Part shown: positions 29,794-44,321 of the stretch, piece after piece
Position numbering within the stretch: position 1 is the stretch's first letter
Layout of the letters: every line of letters starts with the position of its first letter
Made by a program: the position numbers and the translations under genes
Origin: Dehalococcoidia bacterium
Lineage (GTDB): Bacteria > Chloroflexota > Dehalococcoidia > Bin125
Direction: 5' to 3'
Length of the DNA: 64,000 nucleotides
Assembly: GCA_963663235.2 (NCBI GenBank)
Contig: CAXXNO010000004.1
Location: 608,001 to 672,000, forward strand
Notes under the pieces: generated by a model
The model's input: the letters and a program-made list of their open reading frames with translations, nothing else
Database searches by the model: none
Told to the model about the DNA's origin: nothing

Positions 29794-30465
29794 ATGATCG
29801 CGATCATCTTCGACATGGATGGCGTGCTGGTGGACGGCGAGCCGCTGCACTTCGCCGCGGCCGGCGAGATCCTGGCCCCCCTCGGCATCGATTTGGATAT
29901 CGAGACGTACAAGGGCTACATGGGCCGCAGCGGCCACGACATCTGGGAAGACCTGCGCGGGCGCTTTGGCCTCCACCTCGACTACGATGTCTACCAGCGG
30001 CGCTATGGCGCCGCCGTCCTGGAGGCCTATCGCACCCAGACGCGGGCGCTCCCCGGCGCGCGGGCGCTGCTGGACCGGCTGCACGCCGCCCGCATCCCCT
30101 GCGCTCTCGCCTCCTCTTCACGGCGCGAGTGGGTGCGCACCGCGCTGGACGTCCTGGACTTCGCCCGCTACTTCCGCGTCGTCGTCGCCGGCGACGAGAT
30201 CGCCGCCGGCAAGCCGGACCCGGAGATCTACCGCACCGCGGCCGAGCGCCTCGGCGTCGCCCCCGCCGATTGCGTCGCCTTCGAAGACGCGCCCGCGGGC
30301 ATCGCCTCCGCCCGCAGCGCCGGGATGCGGGTCGTGGCCGTGCGAACGGACCTGAACCGCGGTCTAGCGCTGGACGGCGCCGACCGCGTGCTGGATTCCC
30401 TGGAGCAAGTGGATCTGACCTGGCTGACGCCGGGTGGCGTCCAGCCGGCGGCTTCCGCCGGCTAG
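29794..30465 (+). CDS. HAD-superfamily phosphatase (Gph/CbbY/beta-PGM-like) inside the atp operon
   Basis: FDMDGVLVD, LASSS, GKPDPEIY, FED...G..SA..AGM. Starts 4 nt after the atpG stop. Confidence 0.9.
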   Translation: MIAIIFDMDGVLVDGEPLHFAAAGEILAPLGIDLDIETYKGYMGRSGHDIWEDLRGRFGLHLDYDVYQRRYGAAVLEAYRTQTRALPGARALLDRLHAARIPCALASSSRREWVRTALDVLDFARYFRVVVAGDEIAAGKPDPEIYRTAAERLGVAPADCVAFEDAPAGIASARSAGMRVVAVRTDLNRGLALDGADRVLDSLEQVDLTWLTPGGVQPAASAG

Positions 30466-31893
<1,428 letters not shown>

Positions 31894-31933
31894 CCGGCCC
31901 GCGGGGGCGCAGGCGGCGCGAAGGGAACGGCCC

Positions 31934-32377
31934 ATGGCCAAGCTGACGCTGGAGATCATCACCGGGGAGAAGATCCTCCTCCGCGAAACCGACATCGACG
32001 AGGTGATCGCGCCCGGCGCCATCGGCGAACTCGGCGTGCTGCCCAATCACGCTCCGCTGGTCACCTCGCTCAAGCCCGGTGAGCTGCGCGTCAAGAAGGA
32101 GGGCCGCGAGGAGCCGTACTTCATCAGCGGGGGCTTCCTGGAGGTCCGCAGCGATGCCGTCACCGTGCTGGCCGACTCCGCCGAGCGCGGCGACGAAATC
32201 GACCTCGAGCGCGCCGAAGCCGCCCGTACCCGCGCCATGGAGCTCTTGCGCGGCGAGATCGACGTCGACCGCGTGCGGGCGGAGGGGGCCCTGCAGCGCT
32301 CCTTGCTGCGCCTCCGCGTGGCCGAGCGCCGCCGCCGCCGCACCGATCTCCGCGCCGGGGAGCCCCCCGCCCGCTGA
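31934..32377 (+). CDS. atpC: ATP synthase F1 epsilon
   Basis: PG..GELGVLP.HAPL...L.PG, SGGFLEV, VLAD.AE...EID..RAE.A. Confidence 0.95.
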   Translation: MAKLTLEIITGEKILLRETDIDEVIAPGAIGELGVLPNHAPLVTSLKPGELRVKKEGREEPYFISGGFLEVRSDAVTVLADSAERGDEIDLERAEAARTRAMELLRGEIDVDRVRAEGALQRSLLRLRVAERRRRRTDLRAGEPPAR

Positions 32378-32452
32378 GGCGGGGAACCTTGTCAGGGTCG
32401 CCGACGCCTCTCTAGAGTGGCCGCGATTCCGTGGTGAGGGCGGCCCCGCTGG

Positions 32453-33739
32453 GTGCACGTGAACGACGCGATCTATCAGATCCAGGGTGGTTCTCGCCTG
32501 CAGGGCGCGGTGCCCATCAGCGGCGCCAAGAACGCCGCCATGCCCTGCATGGCGGCCGCGCTGCTCACCCCCGAGCCCTGCACCATCCACAACGTCCCGC
32601 TGATCGGCGATGTGCAACTCTTCAGCGATGTGCTGCGCAGCCTCGGTGTGGTCGTGCAGCACCAGGAAGCGGGACACCGAGTCCGCATCACTGCCGCCGG
32701 CCCGCTGGCTGAGGCGCCGCCCGATCGCTTGGTGGCCCATCAGCGCGCATCGTTCCTGGTCATGGGACCGCTCCTCGCCCGTCTCGGACGCGCCGCCTGC
32801 GCGGCGCCCGGCGGCGACCTCATCGGCCAGCGTCCCCTGGATGTCCATCTCCGGGGCTTCAGCGCCCTGGGCGCCGACGTGCGCGAGGAGGGGGCGGGGT
32901 TCGTCGCCTCCGCCGCTCGGCTGCGCGGCGCCCGCGTCGTTTTGGACTATCCCAGCGTGCTGGGGACGGAGAATCTGCTCCTGGCCGCCGTGCTCGCCGA
33001 TGGCCACACCACCATCGTCAACGCCGCGGCTGAGCCGGAGGTGGTCTGCCTGGCCGCCATGCTCACCGCCATGGGAGGGCGCATCGAGGGCGCCGGCAGC
33101 CACACCATCGAGGTCGACGGTGTCTCCGCACTCCACGGCGCGGAGCATGCCCTGATCCCTGACCGCATCGAGGCCGGCACCTTCGCCATCGCTGCGGCCA
33201 TCACCGGCGGCGACGTGGAGTTGCACGGCGCCCAGCCCCGGCATATGGACGCGCTCCTCGCCAAACTGCGCGAAATCGGCGTGCAGGTGGAAGAGCGCGA
33301 TACCGGCATCCGCGTGCGCGCGGAGGGGACACTGGCGGCGACCACCATCCAGGCCGTGCCCTACCCCGGCCTCGCCACGGACCTGCAGGCGCTGATTGCC
33401 ACCCTGCTCACCCAGGCCGACGGCGCCAGCGTCGTCCACGAGCGGGTCTTCGAGTCGCGGCTCCAGTACGTGGGCGAGTTGCGCAAACTCGGCGCGCGCA
33501 TCGAGACGGCCGGCGCCACTGCCATCGTCCAGGGGCCCACGCCGTTGCACGGCGCCATCGTGCGCGGCCTCGATGTTCGCGCTGCCGCGGCCCTGGTGCT
33601 CGCCGGGCTGGCGGCCTCCGGCCGGACCACACTCCTCGATGTGTCGCACTTAGAGCGTGGCTATGAGTGCTTGGATGTGAAGCTGCGCGGATTGGGCGCA
33701 CAGATCGAGCGCCGCGTGGAACCCGGCCGCAAGGAATAG
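32453..33739 (+). CDS. murA: UDP-N-acetylglucosamine enolpyruvyl transferase (Asp at the Cys115 position)
   Basis: [52 protein letters not shown]. Confidence 0.93.
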   Translation: MHVNDAIYQIQGGSRLQGAVPISGAKNAAMPCMAAALLTPEPCTIHNVPLIGDVQLFSDVLRSLGVVVQHQEAGHRVRITAAGPLAEAPPDRLVAHQRASFLVMGPLLARLGRAACAAPGGDLIGQRPLDVHLRGFSALGADVREEGAGFVASAARLRGARVVLDYPSVLGTENLLLAAVLADGHTTIVNAAAEPEVVCLAAMLTAMGGRIEGAGSHTIEVDGVSALHGAEHALIPDRIEAGTFAIAAAITGGDVELHGAQPRHMDALLAKLREIGVQVEERDTGIRVRAEGTLAATTIQAVPYPGLATDLQALIATLLTQADGASVVHERVFESRLQYVGELRKLGARIETAGATAIVQGPTPLHGAIVRGLDVRAAAALVLAGLAASGRTTLLDVSHLERGYECLDVKLRGLGAQIERRVEPGRKE

Positions 33740-33840
33740 CCTCTCGCTGTATCGCAGACGTTCCGCCGGATACACTGACGGCCGATCGGCCCTCTCTCCA
33801 ACGGCAGGCGCGCGCGCTCAACGGCGCTAAGGATGCGGGC

Positions 33841-34866
33841 GTGTTCGGGAAGAAAATCGGCATCGATCTGGGCACGGCGAACATCCTGGTCTCGGTCCGG
33901 GGCCAGGGGGTGGTGCTGAACGAGCCCGCCGTGGTCGCGCTCGCCCATCGAGATAACACCGTGGTGGCCGTCGGCGCCGACGCTCGCGCCATGATCGGCC
34001 GCAGCCCGGACAGCATCTCGGTCGTCCGGCCCATGCGCGACGGCGTCATCGCCGATTACGTGGTCACGGAGGCCATGTTGCGCTACTTCATCGGCAAGGT
34101 GACGGGCCGCCTCAATCTCCTCAAGCCGGAGGTCATGGTCTCCATCCCCGCCGGCGTCAATTCCGTCGAGCAGCGCGCCGTCCGCGACGCCGCCGAACAG
34201 GCCGGCGCGCGCCGCCCCACGCACTTGATTCCGGAGCCCTTGGCGGCCGCCATCGGCGCTGGCCTGCCGGTCTCCACGCCGCGCGGCAATTTCGTCGTCG
34301 ATATCGGCGGCGGCCGCGCCGAGGCGGCCCTGATCACGATGTACGGCATGGTCATGTGGGAGTCGGCCCGGATCGCCGGCGACCGCTTCGATGAGGCCAT
34401 CGTCTCCTACCTCAAGCGGCGCCACAACTTGATCGTCGGCGAACGCACAGCCGAGGACCTCAAGATCGCCATCGGCTCGGCGCTGCCCATTGAAGACACG
34501 CTCCGCACGCAGGTGCGCGGCCGGGATCATCTGACGGGCATGCCCCGCACCATCACCGTCACCTCCAACGAGATCGCCACCGCCCTCCAAGGGTCGCTCG
34601 CGGCCGTGATGCAGGTCATTAAGGCCGTGCTGGAGCAGACGCCGCCGGAACTCTCCGCGGACGTCATCGATCGCGGCATCGTCTTGACGGGGGGCGGCGC
34701 GCTCTTGCGCAACCTGCCCACCCTCATCACGGAGGAGACGGGCATCCCCTGTCATCTCGCTGATCATCCCGTCGAGTGCGTCGCCCAGGGCGCCAGCCTG
34801 GCGCTCGAATACCTCGACGTGATCGAGCGCAACCTCCCGAGCTTTGAGGGGTTGCTGGCGGGCTAG
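33841..34866 (+). CDS. mreB: Rod shape-determining protein MreB/Mbl
   Basis: [57 protein letters not shown]. Confidence 0.92.
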   Translation: MFGKKIGIDLGTANILVSVRGQGVVLNEPAVVALAHRDNTVVAVGADARAMIGRSPDSISVVRPMRDGVIADYVVTEAMLRYFIGKVTGRLNLLKPEVMVSIPAGVNSVEQRAVRDAAEQAGARRPTHLIPEPLAAAIGAGLPVSTPRGNFVVDIGGGRAEAALITMYGMVMWESARIAGDRFDEAIVSYLKRRHNLIVGERTAEDLKIAIGSALPIEDTLRTQVRGRDHLTGMPRTITVTSNEIATALQGSLAAVMQVIKAVLEQTPPELSADVIDRGIVLTGGGALLRNLPTLITEETGIPCHLADHPVECVAQGASLALEYLDVIERNLPSFEGLLAG

Positions 34867-35528
34867 GCCGGCTGACGCGTGATGGGGCCCGCTTCGCCCG
34901 GCGGTCCGCCCTTGAGATGGTAGGTCATGCTCTCCAGCGCCAGGACCGGGTCCACCTGCCGCAGACGCACGCCGGCGGCCACCCGCGCGGCGATCGGCGC
35001 GTAGTTGAGAATCGCCCGGACGTCGTTGGCGACCAGTTCATCGATCACCGCCTGCGCCGCGCTGGCCGGCACCGCAACGATCCCGATATCCACCGGCGCG
35101 GCGCGCAGGCTCGGCCCCAGCCTCCCCACGTCCTCCACCACCAGCCCTTCCACAAAAACGCCCACCAGCTCGGACTTGGAGTCGAAGGCCTTGACCACGC
35201 GAAAGCCCTGCGGGGCGAAGCCCGCGTAGCCCAGGATCGCTTGCCCCAGCCGGCCCATGCCGATCAGCGCCATCCGCCATTGCCGGTCCAGACCCAGGAT
35301 GCTGCGGAGCTGGTCCAGGAGTTGAGCGATGTTGTAGCCGCGGCCCTGCTTGCCGAACCGGCCGAAGTAGGAAAGATCCTTCCGGATCTGCGCGGGCGTC
35401 ACGCCCAGCTCCTGCCCCAGCTCCTTGGAGCTCACCACCTCACGGCCGTCCTTCGCCAGCAGCGCCAGCGCGCGCACGTACACCGGCAGCCGGTCGATCA
35501 CCACCTCCGGGATCTCGGCGGGGACCAC
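34863..35528 (-). CDS. rex: Redox-sensing transcriptional repressor Rex
   Basis: [49 protein letters not shown] before GTG 35528. Confidence 0.95.
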   Translation of the reverse strand: MVPAEIPEVVIDRLPVYVRALALLAKDGREVVSSKELGQELGVTPAQIRKDLSYFGRFGKQGRGYNIAQLLDQLRSILGLDRQWRMALIGMGRLGQAILGYAGFAPQGFRVVKAFDSKSELVGVFVEGLVVEDVGRLGPSLRAAPVDIGIVAVPASAAQAVIDELVANDVRAILNYAPIAARVAAGVRLRQVDPVLALESMTYHLKGGPPGEAGPITRQPA

Positions 35529-35644
35529 GGATCTGCTCCTCGGGATGTGCGTGCTCCAGTCCCGACCGCGGCCTACATTAGCGGGCCACCTGCTTGTGCG
35601 GAACCCGGCGCCTTGGGCCGCGGTGCCGGAACGGCCGCTCCCAC

Positions 35645-36287
35645 CTAGGCGGCGGACTGCCCCTCTTCCTGCACGATCTGGGCATCGACGACCGACCCGC
35701 TGAGCCGGTCCCATTCCAGTTCCACGCACCGGCCATCCGCCGTCCGCGCCGCCGCCAGCCAGCGACCCAAGATCCGCTCCAAGTCCTCCTTGTCCGCGTC
35801 GTGGTACGGGTCCTCAATGAGCCGTTCCAGGTCGGTCGGGCTGCACCGCGCCGCGCCCCGTGCCGGCCCGCTGTCCCAACTGGCCAGCGCGCCGCGCAGC
35901 TTCTGCATCTGCCCCGTCAGGTCGGCGGCGATGGCCTCGGCCTTGCTGGGCGTGCCGCCGTGGCTCTCCCGGGTCCGCATGTTGGCCAGGCGGTTCTCCA
36001 CAAGGATCAGGGCATAACGCAAGGCCTTGCCCTGGTGGTACCAGGTCTCCCGACGCGCGGCGCCCAACCGTGCTTTGATCGACTCCTCCAGCGCCTCAAG
36101 GGCGCCGGCGAGCGCCCCGCGGTCCTCCAGCGGAGCGTCCCGGGACAAGGATGGCGCACTCCTCGCCCAGCAAGCCGGGCAGCGCCTCGTCGATGGGCAG
36201 ATCGCGCAGCTCTTGACCCACCTCGCGCCAGCGCAGATAGCGCGCGTGCGCCAGTTGGAGTTCGCGGGATGCCTGGTGCAGGTCCAC
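35645..36287 (-). pseudogene. Hypothetical protein with apparent +1 frameshift near 36140
   Basis: RBS-led N-half (MDLHQASREL...ECAILV, ORF 36096..36287) and protein-like C-half (DAPLEDRG...QSAA) are in different frames. Span 643 nt = 3n+1. Confidence 0.5.
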
Positions 36288-36532
36288 GTTCGCTCGGCTC
36301 CCTCGTCGCGCTCGCTTCCGTGATCAATCAATCATCGACGCACTGCCGTTGGGCGGAGAGGGTGCGCCTCGTCTGGCTCTCCCTCGGCGGGTGCATCCGT
36401 GATCGCCTGCGGCACGGTCAGGTGTTAAAATCGGGAGCAAGCCCCCCATCGCCCGCCAACCATGCGTCGGCTGGCCGCCTGATCGGCTAGGCTTTCGCGC
36501 TCGCTGGCTCGCTGAGGAGAGGACCGCTGTCC

Positions 36533-38983
<2,451 letters not shown>

Positions 38984-39070
38984 CCTCGCCCGCGCGCCCG
39001 GTGCGCTACCCTGGCCCTACCCTCGGGGACGCTCGATGAAACGTCCCCGGGCCGGCCGGAAGGACGTCAC

Positions 39071-39499
39071 GTGCAGCGCAGGACGGACTTGGGCGCGTAC
39101 GAGCGCCGCCAGCAGACGGAAGTCCGCATCGTGTGGGGCCGCACCGTCGCCGCCCCCGATCCCGGCTTTCGGCAGCTGGGCAGCCGCTACCACGAGCCCC
39201 CGGCCGATGTGATGGAGAGTTCCGACGCCGTCGTCGTCGTGGTGGACGTGGCCGGGCTGCCCCGGCAGAAGTTTCAGCTTGAGGTCCGCGGTAACATCCT
39301 GCGCATCTCCGGGGATCGCCCGTCCCTCGATCATCCACCGGGCTCTCAGTACCACCAACTGGAGATCTGGAGCGGCGCCTGGCAGTGCGACGTGGAGCTG
39401 CCCGCCCCCGTCGATGTCGATGGGCTGACCATCCGCTACGACCGCGGGCTCCTGCGCCTCGAGTTTCCCAAACCGGCTCGCCGTCCCAGCCGCGACTAG
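39071..39499 (+). CDS. Hsp20/alpha-crystallin family protein
   Basis: PP.DV.E....V.V.VD.AG, L.ISG.R, ELP..VD......Y..GLL.L..PK. Confidence 0.85.
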   Translation: MQRRTDLGAYERRQQTEVRIVWGRTVAAPDPGFRQLGSRYHEPPADVMESSDAVVVVVDVAGLPRQKFQLEVRGNILRISGDRPSLDHPPGSQYHQLEIWSGAWQCDVELPAPVDVDGLTIRYDRGLLRLEFPKPARRPSRD

Positions 39500-39512
39500 G
39501 GAGCGACGAAGC

Positions 39513-41990
39513 ATGGCCCCGGAAGGCAAGACCTTCGACATCGACCTGCCCGCCGCTGAGCAGGACGACGAGCGCGCCTCTGACCACGAGCACCCCATCG
39601 GGCCGCAAGCGCCGCCGGTCCCGGCCCACGAACACGAGATCCCGGAAGAGTTGCCGCTGCTGCTCACGGGCGAGGCCGTGATGTTCCCCGCGCTGGTGGT
39701 GCCCATCACCGTGCTGCCCGACAGCCCCGGCGCGCGCGCCTTGGACGCTGCCGCCGGCGCGCACGAAAAACTCATCGTGCTGGCGGCGCAGCAACACGGC
39801 GAGGACGAAGAGGCGAAGGCCGCGCCGCCGTACGGCGTCGGGGTGGTCTCGCGCATTGTGCGGCTGGCCAAGGCGCCCGGCGGCCCCATGCAAGCCGTCC
39901 TCCAGGGCGTCATCCGCGCACGCCTCGATGTCATCGGTTCCGGCGACCCCTACCCGCGGGCTGCGGTCTCCGCGCTCGAAGACGACCTCGGCGGCGCAAA
40001 CCTGGAGGCGCTCCAACGGGAAGTGCTGAACAGCTTCCGCGAGCTCGTTACCGGCAGCGAGCAGCTGCCCGATGAGCTGGCGGCTGCCGCGGCCAATATC
40101 GATTCGCCCGCTGAGTTCGGTGACTTCGTCGCCGCCAATTCGCCCACCAAGCCCGAGGATCGCCAGGAGATCCTCGAAACCTTGGATGTCGCCGAGCGCC
40201 TCCGCAAGGAGCTGACGCTGCTGCTGCGCGAGGTGGAAGTGGTGCGCGTCGGCGCCGAGATCCGGGAAGCCGTGCAGAAGGAGACGGAGAAGCGCCAGCG
40301 CGAATTCATCTTGCGGGAGCAGCTGAAGGCCATCCAGCGCGAGCTCGGCGAGGGCGCCGATGGCGAGGACCTGTCCGCTCTGCGCGAGCGGCTGGCCGCC
40401 GCCGACCTCCCCGATCCGATCCGCCGCGAGGCGGACCGCGAGCTCGATCGGCTGAGCACCATCAACGCCATCTCGCCCGAGTACCACACGACGCGCACCT
40501 ATCTCGAATGGATCGCGGATCTGCCCTGGCGCAAATCCTCCCAGGACCGGTTGGATATCGCCGCTGCGCGGACCGTCCTGGACCAGGATCACTTCGACCT
40601 GGACAAGGTCAAGGAACGCATCCTGGACTACCTCGCGGTGCGCAAGCTCCGCGCCGATACCCGTGGCCCCATCCTCTGCTTCGTCGGCCCGCCCGGCGTG
40701 GGCAAGACCTCGTTGGGGCAGAGCATCGCCCGGGCCTTGGGGCGGGAGTTCCTGCGCCTCTCACTCGGTGGCCTGCGCGACGAAGCCTCCATCCGCGGGT
40801 TCCGGCGCACGTATGTTGGCGCCTTGCCCGGCCGCATCTTGCAGGAGATCAAGCGGGCGGGCACCGACAACCCCGTCTTCATGCTCGATGAGGTGGACAA
40901 GATCGGGTCCGACTTCCGCGGCGATCCTGCCTCCGCGCTCCTGGAGGTCCTGGATCCGGCCCAGAATCACGCCTTCGTGGACCACTACCTCGACCTCCCC
41001 TTTGACCTCTCACGCGTGCTCTTTATCTGCACCGCCAACCAGACCGACACCATCCCGCCGCCCCTGCTCGACCGCATGGAACTGATCGAGATCCCCAGCT
41101 ACACGGCGCGGGAGAAGGTGGAGATCGCTCGGCGCTACCTAGTGCCCCGCCAGATCACCGAGAACGGGCTCCCGGACGGCGTTCTCACCATTCCCGACGA
41201 CACCCTCGCCGCCCTCATCGATGGCTACACCCGCGAGGCCGGGGTGCGACAGTTGGAGCGCCAGGTCGGCGCCCTGGCCCGCTGGGTGGCCCGGCGCGTC
41301 GCCGTCGGCGAGACTGACCCGGTCACCGTCACGCCCGATCAGTTGGAGCCCATCCTCGGCCCGCGCAAGTTCCGCGAAGACCTCGCCGAGGAACACGACG
41401 AAGTGGGCGTCGCCACCGGCCTGGCCGCCACCATCTTTGGCGGCGATGTCCTCTACGTCGAGGCGGCGATGCTGCCCGGCGCCGGCAAGCTCACGCTCAC
41501 CGGTCAGCTCGGCGAGGTGATGCGCGAGTCCGCCACCGCGGCGCTCACCTACGCCCGCGGCCGCAGCGACGCGTTGGGCCTCGCCGCCGGCTACTTCGAC
41601 AAACACGATCTCCACGTCCACGTGCCCGCCGGCGGGATCCCCAAGGAAGGCCCCTCCGCCGGGATCACCATGGCCACGGCCATCATTTCCGCTGCCACCG
41701 GCCGCAAGGTGCGCAAGCGCGTGGCCATGACCGGCGAGATCACGCTCCACGGGAGGGTGCTCCCGATCGGCGGCTTGAAGGAGAAGACGCTGGCCGCGCA
41801 TCGCCTCGGCATCCGCGAGATCATCGTGCCTAAGGCCAACGAGCCCGACTGGCAAGAGGTGCCGGAGGAAGTGCGCGACGAGATGAACCTGCACCTGGTC
41901 AAGAGCTTGGACCAGGTGCTGGAATGCGCCCTCCATGCGCGGAAGGAGGAGCCGGCGGCGCGAGTGGGCGTCCCGGCCGGCGGCCTCTAG
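39513..41990 (+). CDS. lon: ATP-dependent protease Lon
   Basis: GPPGVGKTS, RRTYVGA.PG, LDEVDK, LTGQLG.VM.ESA, PKEGPSAG, MTGEI.L.G.VLPIGG.KEK. Confidence 0.96.
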   Translation: MAPEGKTFDIDLPAAEQDDERASDHEHPIGPQAPPVPAHEHEIPEELPLLLTGEAVMFPALVVPITVLPDSPGARALDAAAGAHEKLIVLAAQQHGEDEEAKAAPPYGVGVVSRIVRLAKAPGGPMQAVLQGVIRARLDVIGSGDPYPRAAVSALEDDLGGANLEALQREVLNSFRELVTGSEQLPDELAAAAANIDSPAEFGDFVAANSPTKPEDRQEILETLDVAERLRKELTLLLREVEVVRVGAEIREAVQKETEKRQREFILREQLKAIQRELGEGADGEDLSALRERLAAADLPDPIRREADRELDRLSTINAISPEYHTTRTYLEWIADLPWRKSSQDRLDIAAARTVLDQDHFDLDKVKERILDYLAVRKLRADTRGPILCFVGPPGVGKTSLGQSIARALGREFLRLSLGGLRDEASIRGFRRTYVGALPGRILQEIKRAGTDNPVFMLDEVDKIGSDFRGDPASALLEVLDPAQNHAFVDHYLDLPFDLSRVLFICTANQTDTIPPPLLDRMELIEIPSYTAREKVEIARRYLVPRQITENGLPDGVLTIPDDTLAALIDGYTREAGVRQLERQVGALARWVARRVAVGETDPVTVTPDQLEPILGPRKFREDLAEEHDEVGVATGLAATIFGGDVLYVEAAMLPGAGKLTLTGQLGEVMRESATAALTYARGRSDALGLAAGYFDKHDLHVHVPAGGIPKEGPSAGITMATAIISAATGRKVRKRVAMTGEITLHGRVLPIGGLKEKTLAAHRLGIREIIVPKANEPDWQEVPEEVRDEMNLHLVKSLDQVLECALHARKEEPAARVGVPAGGL

Positions 41991-42994
41991 TAGCCGCGCG
42001 CCGGATCGACGACGCTCTCCAGCGGCTGCCCGGCGACGTAGCGGCGCAGGTTCTCGACGAACACCCCACCCGCCCCATCCATCCAGTTCGGGAAGTAGCC
42101 GCTGCTGTGCGGGGTGATGTACAGGTTCGGCGTCCCCCACAGCGGGTCGCCGTCCGGCAACGGCTCCGGGACCATGACGTCTGTGTAGGCGGCTGCCGGT
42201 GTGCCGCTTGCCAGCGCCGCGGTCAGCGCCTCCTGGTCCACCACCGCGCCGCGGGCGATGTTCACCAGCGCGCTTCCCGGCTTCATCGCACCGAGCTCGG
42301 CCGCGCCGAAGGATCCCCGCGTCTCCTCCGTCAGCGGCACGGCCAGCACCACGTAGTCCGCCTGCCTCAGCATCGCCGGCAGCTCGTCCGCCGGGTAGAG
42401 CGCGTCGCAGTGGGCGCCGCGGTCGCCGCGCCTCGCGCTCCGCCTGCTGCCGATGACCCGCGCCCCGAACGCCTGGCACAGCCGCGCCACCTCCCCGCCG
42501 ATCGCGCCCAGCCCCACCACGGCCACCGTCGCCCCGCGCAGGTTGGCTACCTCTTCCCGGCGGCTCCACGTTGCCTCCCGTTGTTGCTCCAGGAAGTACG
42601 GCATCCGTTTCGCGTGCATCAACAGGAACGTCAGCACCCATTCGGCCACCGGCGTCGCGTAGAGCGATCCGGCGTTGGTCACGGTGATGCCCTCCGGGAT
42701 CGGCTGGCGCAGCGCGTGGTCGGCTCCCGCCGAGGCCAGCTGGATCCATCGCAGCGGCCCGTGGTCGGGGATCCAGTCGTGATCGAAGCGCAGCGTGAGC
42801 CACGCCGCGGCTTCACCGACCGCTGAGCGGACCTCCTCCGCTCCCTCCTCGCCGCCGCCGCCGCGATTGCGAAACCGCCGACGCCCTTCGGCGCTGAGCA
42901 CGAGCAGCCGGATCCGATCGTCCACCTCGCGGATCGACGCCTGCGTGGCCTCGGATAGCGGGATCGCGCTGAGCACGTGGATCGGCTCGGTCAT
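41987..42994 (-). CDS. D-2-hydroxyacid dehydrogenase family
   Basis: WIQ..SAG.D, VGLGAIG, PLT.ET, VNIARG.VVD, DV...EPL, ITPH.SG. Confidence 0.92.
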   Translation of the reverse strand: MTEPIHVLSAIPLSEATQASIREVDDRIRLLVLSAEGRRRFRNRGGGGEEGAEEVRSAVGEAAAWLTLRFDHDWIPDHGPLRWIQLASAGADHALRQPIPEGITVTNAGSLYATPVAEWVLTFLLMHAKRMPYFLEQQREATWSRREEVANLRGATVAVVGLGAIGGEVARLCQAFGARVIGSRRSARRGDRGAHCDALYPADELPAMLRQADYVVLAVPLTEETRGSFGAAELGAMKPGSALVNIARGAVVDQEALTAALASGTPAAAYTDVMVPEPLPDGDPLWGTPNLYITPHSSGYFPNWMDGAGGVFVENLRRYVAGQPLESVVDPARGY

Positions 42995-43088
42995 CGTCGC
43001 CTCGCGCTCTGTCCGGCGCCCGGCGATGATACCAGCGTCGCCGCGAACGACGGCTCCTAGCAGGGCTCCGACATATACTGCGGGCGGA

Positions 43089-43598
43089 ATGGCCGAATCG
43101 GCTGAGTGGTGCACCGCGACGCATTCGGCGGATGAGACCCGCGCCCTTGGCGAGCGCTTGGGCCGTCTCCTCTCGCCCGGCTCCGTGGTCCTGTTGTCCG
43201 GCGATCTCGGCGCGGGCAAGACGGTGCTGGCGCAGGGGATCGGCCGCGGCCTGGACACCCCGACGCCCGTGCGCAGCTCCAGCTTCGTCATCCTGTCGGA
43301 GCATCGCGGCGGCCGCCTGCCGCTGCTCCACGCCGACCTCTACCGCATCTCGGCGATGGAGGAGATCGACGAGTTGGCTTTAGAGGAAGAGGCCATGGGT
43401 GGCGTCCTGCTGGTTGAGTGGGCGGAGCGCTGGAGCGGCCACGGCCCGCCTGACCATCTCGCCGTCCGCTTCGACGCCGGTCCGGCCGAATGCGACCGCG
43501 CCATCACCTTTCGCGCCGCCGGTCCGGCGCACGCGGCGCTGCTCCAGCGGATTCGCGCGGGCGCGGCGGCGGAGGTGGCCGGGCGCGACGGTCGCTGA
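43089..43598 (+). CDS. tsaE: tRNA t6A biosynthesis ATPase
   Basis: LSGDLGAGKT, V.S.SF, HADLYR, VEWAE. Confidence 0.92.
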   Translation: MAESAEWCTATHSADETRALGERLGRLLSPGSVVLLSGDLGAGKTVLAQGIGRGLDTPTPVRSSSFVILSEHRGGRLPLLHADLYRISAMEEIDELALEEEAMGGVLLVEWAERWSGHGPPDHLAVRFDAGPAECDRAITFRAAGPAHAALLQRIRAGAAAEVAGRDGR

Positions 43599-44321
43599 TG
43601 GAACTCGCCATCGACACGGTCGGCCCGGCGTCCAGCGTTGCGGTCAGCGATCACGGGCGCCCGCTTGTGGAGATCGACTGGCCGACGGGCCGCCGCCACA
43701 CCCCTTCGCTTATCCCCACCATCGATCACGCCTGCCATCTGGCGAAGGTCGATCGTGCGGATCTGACCGCCGTCTTCGTCGACGTGGGCCCCGGCGCATA
43801 TGGGGGCATCCGCGCCGGGATGGCCGCTGCGATGGGCCTGGCCGTCGCTCTTGATCTCCAGGCCGTGGGCGTAGGCCGCCTGGAGATCGAGGCGTACGCT
43901 CACGCCGCAGGCGGCGGCGCGAGTCGCGGCGCTGCACGCGGCCGGCCGCGCGCAGTGGGCGCTGGCGCTGTACCGCGGTCCCACGGACGGCTGGGTGGAA
44001 CTGGCGCCCCCACGGCTGCTGTCTCGGCACGATCTGCTCGCCGAGCTCGGCGGCCTCGACCATCCCGGCGTGCTCACCGGCGAAGTCGACGCGCTCGGCG
44101 ACGACGACCGCCTCGCGCTGCGCACGGTCGGCTGGCGCATCGCCGGGGCGGCGGCGGGCATGCGACGCGCTGCCGTGCTGGCCGAGATCGGGTGGGCGCG
44201 GTTGAGCGCCGGCGGCGACTTCAGCCCCGCGCGCCTGGAGGCCTTGTACCTGCGGGAGCCGGCCATCGGCCCGCAACCCCCGGTCCCTCAGGAGCAGGTC
44301 TCTCAGAAGGAGGAGCGATGA
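43598..44321 (+). CDS. tsaB: tRNA t6A biosynthesis protein TsaB, +1 frameshift near 43910 (probably a sequencing error)
   Basis: LAIDT...SVA, H...L.P.I, V..GPG.Y.GIR.G in one frame. C-half ending LEALYLR.P.I is in the next frame. Span 724 nt = 3n+1. Confidence 0.82.
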
